Source: Bdellovibrionales bacterium (lineage in GTDB: Bacteria; Bdellovibrionota; Bdellovibrionia; Bdellovibrionales; JAGQZY01). From it: a stretch of 64,000 bases of DNA. A program made the position numbers and the translations under genes. The first letter of the stretch is position 1; each line of letters opens with the position of its first letter. The stretch is taken from assembly GCA_031426555.1 (NCBI GenBank), contig JANPLN010000030.1, positions 87,792 through 151,791 on the forward strand, written 5' to 3'. Of the stretch, positions 59,890 through 64,000 are shown piece by piece. The notes under the pieces were generated by a model. It saw nothing but the letters and a program-made list of their open reading frames with translations. It was not told where the DNA came from and searched no databases.

Positions 59890-59965
59890 TGGGGTGATCG
59901 ACGGAGCTTGAAACCGCGACAACTGGAATCACAATCCAGTGCTCTACCGACTGAGCTACGATCAA
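59890..59965 (-). tRNA. Degenerate (probable pseudo) tRNA-His(GUG)
   Basis: D arm GCTCAGTCGGTAGAGC, anticodon arm CTGGA-TTGTGAT-TCCAG, C73 and CCA intact; T at -1 and +1 instead of G/G; T53.T61 mismatch in the T stem. Confidence 0.8.
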
Positions 59966-60276
59966 AGGTACACCTCGTTTTTGCAAACACTTTAAGAAGC
60001 CTTAAGTAATTAAGTATTTTTTTAAAATGTATGTTTTAATTACGAAAATCACTTAAAGCTTTTTTTCGCATAGAATGAGGCAATAAATGAGCATTTTAGT
60101 CTAGGTTGACACGGGATGACTCAAGGTGAAAATGGTGCAAAGTCCTGGAGTAACCGCAGTAAGGCTTATCGTTTTGAGTATTGTTGCCAATTTTTAAGGT
60201 TATTTATATTAGTAATCTTGACAATTTTATTTGTGTAGATGAAAAATAATTTTCTTTCATAGACGAATGAGAATAA

Positions 60277-61128
60277 ATGAAGATATTTGTTTTGAAATAT
60301 AAAAAAATAAATGCATCAGTTAAGCTAAGATTTTTTCACCTTTTCAACCATTGTGCGCTCGTATCAGGCCTCTTCCTTTATTCTCCACTATGGCTCCTGT
60401 TAAGTTTTTTCGTATGGTGGTTGATTGGATCGTTGGGCATTAGCATTGGCTTCCATCGTTTACTTTCACACAAATCATTTCGCACCACATCATTTTTAGG
60501 AAACATATTTACATTTATAGGTTGCTTAGCCACTGGTGGAGGGCCCGTAGCTTGGGTGGGTGCTCATCGCATGCACCATATGCATACAGATAAACCAAAA
60601 GATCCTCATTCGTGGAAAGAAATTGGTGCGCTGAGAGTTTACACGCACTACTGGTCTCCGCTAACAATTCGCTATTCTGTGGTGCGAGATCTTCTCAAGA
60701 AGCCGTTTATCGTCTATTTACAGAGAAATTATTTTTTAATAATTTCTCTGTGGTCCGGGACCCTTTACTTATGGGATCCTGTTATAGGAATCTTTGCTTA
60801 TAGTGCGCCTTCAGTTCTTGCTTTTCATGCATTCGGGATGATCAATCTTTTTGGGCATATACATGGGTACCGCTCTTATAATACAATGGATTCATCAACA
60901 AATAGTTGGGTAGCAAATCTCTTAACTTTTGGTGAGGGATGGCATAATAATCACCATAAATATCCTACGTCTTACCGGATAGGGCTTGGTCGGCATGAGT
61001 ACGATATAAGCGCATGGTTTCTGGAAAAATTTAATATTATTTCTAAGGATAATTTTAAAACAGTAGGTGTTTTAGTTGATCGCCATTCCTCCAGTTATGA
61101 AGAGAATATGTATTATGAAAAAGTATAA
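60277..61128 (+). CDS. Membrane fatty-acid desaturase (delta-9/OLE1-like)
   Basis: His boxes HRLLSH, HRMHH, GEGWHNNHH. Confidence 0.92.
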   Translation: MKIFVLKYKKINASVKLRFFHLFNHCALVSGLFLYSPLWLLLSFFVWWLIGSLGISIGFHRLLSHKSFRTTSFLGNIFTFIGCLATGGGPVAWVGAHRMHHMHTDKPKDPHSWKEIGALRVYTHYWSPLTIRYSVVRDLLKKPFIVYLQRNYFLIISLWSGTLYLWDPVIGIFAYSAPSVLAFHAFGMINLFGHIHGYRSYNTMDSSTNSWVANLLTFGEGWHNNHHKYPTSYRIGLGRHEYDISAWFLEKFNIISKDNFKTVGVLVDRHSSSYEENMYYEKV

Positions 61129-61975
61129 GCTACATGGTATGGGATTCGAAGTTAAGGATGTCGACTTTAATAGTTTAACTAAAAATGAATTATTGGAATT
61201 TGGCCATTCCATTGCTAGTGATAATGTTGTTTTAATTCGAAATCAAAATTTAGATGAAAAAAGACTTCTTGAAATATTTGAGACAATAGGAGTTGTTTTA
61301 AAACCGAATCAGTTTTTCATTCATCCAGAATATCCAGGCCTATACCGAGTGACAAACGAGCGTTTGAATGGACAGAAAATAGGCATATTTGCTGACAAAG
61401 AGCTGGATTGGCACAGCAATGGTAATGGGCGACCAAGTGGCAAAGAATGCTGTGTGGCGCTTTATTGTGTTGAACCTGGAATTAATAGTGTGACTAGTTT
61501 TTGCGATACAAGGCGAGCCTATGAGGATCTTCCTGCAGATATTAAGGTCCTCGTTGAGGACATTGATTGCACTTTTCAATTTAAAAACAAAACATTTTAC
61601 CATTTAGATGAAGATGATAGAGAGCTTATGATGTTTGAAAATAAGCATTTATTTCCTGAGGGAATTACTAAACCGCTCGTCTACGAGCACCCTTTTGATA
61701 AAACAAAAGGACTTTACTTTGTATTTCATTATATTCAAAAAATGTGGAGAAGATCCGGGGAGCGCCTCGATGAAGAATGGCTGCGATCTTATTTAATGGA
61801 CCATGTTTTTCAAGAAAAATATATATACAGGCATGATAGATGGCAAAAGGGAGATCTTATATTCATGGATCAGTTTCATTCCATTCATAAAAGGAATGCT
61901 GTTGAAGGTAGTAGATTTTTATATAGGGCCACATTGGACTATAGGCACTCATGGAGAAAATTTGGAAATAAATAA
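61115..61975 (+). CDS. TauD/TfdA family dioxygenase-like protein
   Basis: VVLIRNQ, LDWHSNG, TSFCDTRRAYEDLP, PLVYEHP, WQKGDLIFMDQFHSIHKR. Confidence 0.85.
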   Translation: MKKYKLHGMGFEVKDVDFNSLTKNELLEFGHSIASDNVVLIRNQNLDEKRLLEIFETIGVVLKPNQFFIHPEYPGLYRVTNERLNGQKIGIFADKELDWHSNGNGRPSGKECCVALYCVEPGINSVTSFCDTRRAYEDLPADIKVLVEDIDCTFQFKNKTFYHLDEDDRELMMFENKHLFPEGITKPLVYEHPFDKTKGLYFVFHYIQKMWRRSGERLDEEWLRSYLMDHVFQEKYIYRHDRWQKGDLIFMDQFHSIHKRNAVEGSRFLYRATLDYRHSWRKFGNK

Positions 61976-62630
61976 CTTTACCTTTTGCCCATTCTTGGTC
62001 GACATAAGTGAAGAAGCCATGATCCTGATCCACCGAGAAGTTCTGTCTTTGAGCGAGGAGCATTGGCATTTTAATACCTTTAGAAATTGTAACATGTTGT
62101 CTATTTACAATCCGGGTGGCGTTCTAGGGCAAGTTTCTCTGAGAAAAAAGGGTGATTATCAGTTCACTGCGATAATAGAAAAGTGTCCAAATCTCAAATC
62201 GTTTATTGAGGAGAGGGTGTTTAACTGGATGGTGCCACGTGGCCGGATAACTATTTTGAGAACTCGGCCGCAAGTAGAAATGAAAGTGCATCTTGATTGT
62301 AGCTTACAGGAAGTCGGGACACCTCAATTTAAATGGCGATTTGTAATCTCTGGTGAAGTTGATAAGCTTTATTTTTTAGATGCAAACGGTGAGAAAGTCT
62401 ATATTAGCTCAAAGTATCGATGCTATGTTCTTGATGGAAGTCATCCACACAGCGTTGATGTGAGTCATTTTGAAAAATTAACTCTATGCATAGGTAGTCC
62501 TTGGAAGGGGAGTTTGGTAGAGGGGTTGTATAAAAATCATCTTGATTTTGAAAACGCGTTGCAAGTTTCTCGACCTAAAACTCGAAGCGCTTGGATTGAT
62601 CCTATTTTACTACATGAGAATTTGCGGTGA
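61962..62630 (+). CDS. Putative Fe/2OG cupin (AspH-like) protein
   Basis: GGAG RBS then TTG 61962; GRITILRT, VHLDC, LDGSHPHSV. Confidence 0.65.
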   Translation: MEINNFTFCPFLVDISEEAMILIHREVLSLSEEHWHFNTFRNCNMLSIYNPGGVLGQVSLRKKGDYQFTAIIEKCPNLKSFIEERVFNWMVPRGRITILRTRPQVEMKVHLDCSLQEVGTPQFKWRFVISGEVDKLYFLDANGEKVYISSKYRCYVLDGSHPHSVDVSHFEKLTLCIGSPWKGSLVEGLYKNHLDFENALQVSRPKTRSAWIDPILLHENLR

Positions 62631-63583
62631 AATTATTTTATAAACTTTTAGACGTGGGTGAAAATGATCAAAAAAAAATACGTGAAGAGGTTGTTTTAGG
62701 TCAAAAATTTTTTGCACCCATAAAGGCAGGTTTTGGGCAATACGCTTCTCAAACAAAAGAAAGAGAAATCATTAGTCTTCGAAACTTAAGAGAAGCACAT
62801 GAGTCTCGTAAATATCCGGATATTTTTCCAGCAAAAAATGAAGAAGTAGCAGATTGGAACGAGCTGATTGGTTACTTTCCATTTACTCGAGAATTCGTAT
62901 CGAAATTATTAATCTTTTTTGCCGCTCGATACCTGGGCAAGGTTATGTTTGCCAAAATGCCACCGGGCTGTATGATGAATTGGCATATTGATCCCTATCC
63001 GATATACAGTGGTTTTTCTCGGCTGCATATCCCATTATTTTCCGAGCAAGGAGCTTCCGACTTTTATACAGAACAAGGCAATTTTTCGATGCAAATTGGC
63101 TCGACTTATTTGTATGACACCGCACTCGTGCATACGGCAAAGAATAACAGTAATAAAGATAGAATACATTTGATTGTTGACGTTCTTCTTCCAAGGGAAA
63201 ACTTTTTTAATCAGGTTAGTTATTTTTGGGAAGAAATATATTTAGAGTTTGATCAAGAAGTAAATCAAGGATCGGCTATAGAAAAATTTGGTCTCGATTA
63301 TTCAGCTGAATTTTTAAGTGCACAAAAGAAGTATGGTACTCTGCTGGTCTTTATGAGCATTAGTTCCTTATTTAGTAGAAAAATAAAGCTTGCTTTTCTT
63401 TGGTGCTCCTTAGTGGGAAGAGATAAATTTTTTGAACAATGTAATTTACACAGACATTTTAAAGTTGCCTCTCGTAAATTTTCTTCTACTAGCGGAATTT
63501 GTCATTGGGAAGAGAGTTACGCATTTGTTAAAGATCGGTGCCTCGATAGTAAAGTCATTGTTTGTCGGAGAGATTATCAATGA
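62627..63583 (+). CDS. AspH-domain protein with C-terminal extension
   Basis: MPPG...WHIDP, RLHIPL, DTALVHTAKN, RIHLIVD; GTGA overlap. Confidence 0.85.
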   Translation: MKLFYKLLDVGENDQKKIREEVVLGQKFFAPIKAGFGQYASQTKEREIISLRNLREAHESRKYPDIFPAKNEEVADWNELIGYFPFTREFVSKLLIFFAARYLGKVMFAKMPPGCMMNWHIDPYPIYSGFSRLHIPLFSEQGASDFYTEQGNFSMQIGSTYLYDTALVHTAKNNSNKDRIHLIVDVLLPRENFFNQVSYFWEEIYLEFDQEVNQGSAIEKFGLDYSAEFLSAQKKYGTLLVFMSISSLFSRKIKLAFLWCSLVGRDKFFEQCNLHRHFKVASRKFSSTSGICHWEESYAFVKDRCLDSKVIVCRRDYQ

Positions 63584-64000
63584 GAGTGGTAAACTTATAT
63601 GATTTTAGCGAGAATCGTTTTGTTGCCATTCTAGAAAAATTAATAGAGACGTCTTCTGACAAAAATAAGGATTGGTTCCCTGTTTTAATTAAAAATTACA
63701 AACAGTATTGTGATTGGTTTTTTGTCTTAGGGCCGCAGGACCAATTTATTGCATTTTCAACAATTCAAGCTTATCAGCCCCGCTGCTTTAGACTGCTAAC
63801 AAGGTGCTACATTGTCCCGGAATTTCGGCGAGCAGTATTGCCTAAATTTGACAAGGAAATGAGCCCAGGTTCATATATGGTAAAGGCACAGCTTGAGTAT
63901 TTAAATCATAAATATGACAGTGTTTTTATATCATTAGAGCATATTCGGCGCCGAGCTGCCATCATGCGAATGGCAAAAAAAATACACTTTTCAACGGGAT
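63580..64000 (+). CDS. GNAT-fold-like protein, truncated by the window end
   Basis: ATGA overlap; MRVVNLYD...FIAFSTIQ...FRLLTRCYIVPEFRR; open to the end of the window. Confidence 0.55.
   Translation, partial: MRVVNLYDFSENRFVAILEKLIETSSDKNKDWFPVLIKNYKQYCDWFFVLGPQDQFIAFSTIQAYQPRCFRLLTRCYIVPEFRRAVLPKFDKEMSPGSYMVKAQLEYLNHKYDSVFISLEHIRRRAAIMRMAKKIHFSTG

Noticed and set aside
57297..64000. Prophage or integrative element
   Set aside because: No integrase, terminase, capsid, tail or conjugation genes in the window; only composition and a pseudo-tRNA hint at acquisition

Overview
Bacterial chromosomal window that looks like Bdellovibrionota (inferred from many orphan secreted proteins and lipoproteins, an FQNC lipobox, and a Bdellovibrio-type Y1 transposase remnant). 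Housekeeping genes include recQ, trmH-like/rsmG, pheS-pheT-ihfA-merR-tRNA-Pro, tapT-dbpA, oxyR-ahpC-ahpD and glnS. Two accessory systems stand out. (1) A ~13 kb minus-strand run (33310->20365): an exported L,D-transpeptidase-like protein, an exported helical protein, an exported His-phosphocarrier/ATP-grasp dikinase, then DUF4956, HlyD-like adaptor, TolC-like protein and VTC polyphosphate polymerase, then an ABC ATPase and a permease-M1 aminopeptidase fusion. This is a candidate trans-envelope polyphosphate export and extracytoplasmic phosphotransfer system. (2) A split, increasingly AT-rich cluster of oxidative tailoring enzymes (50489-52280 and 56561 to the window end): duplicated Cys-rich nitroreductases, SDR, twitch radical SAM, several AspH/2OG-Fe(II) enzymes, a TauD-like enzyme with HxN, a desaturase and a GNAT-like protein, around a degenerate tRNA-His. 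Also seen: a lipoprotein gene split at an A_AAA_AAG slippery site, and a lipoprotein with a FrpC self-processing-module-like domain lacking the scissile Asp. No CRISPR array, rRNA, integrase or phage structural genes were seen. All family calls come from motif recognition by eye; no searches were run.
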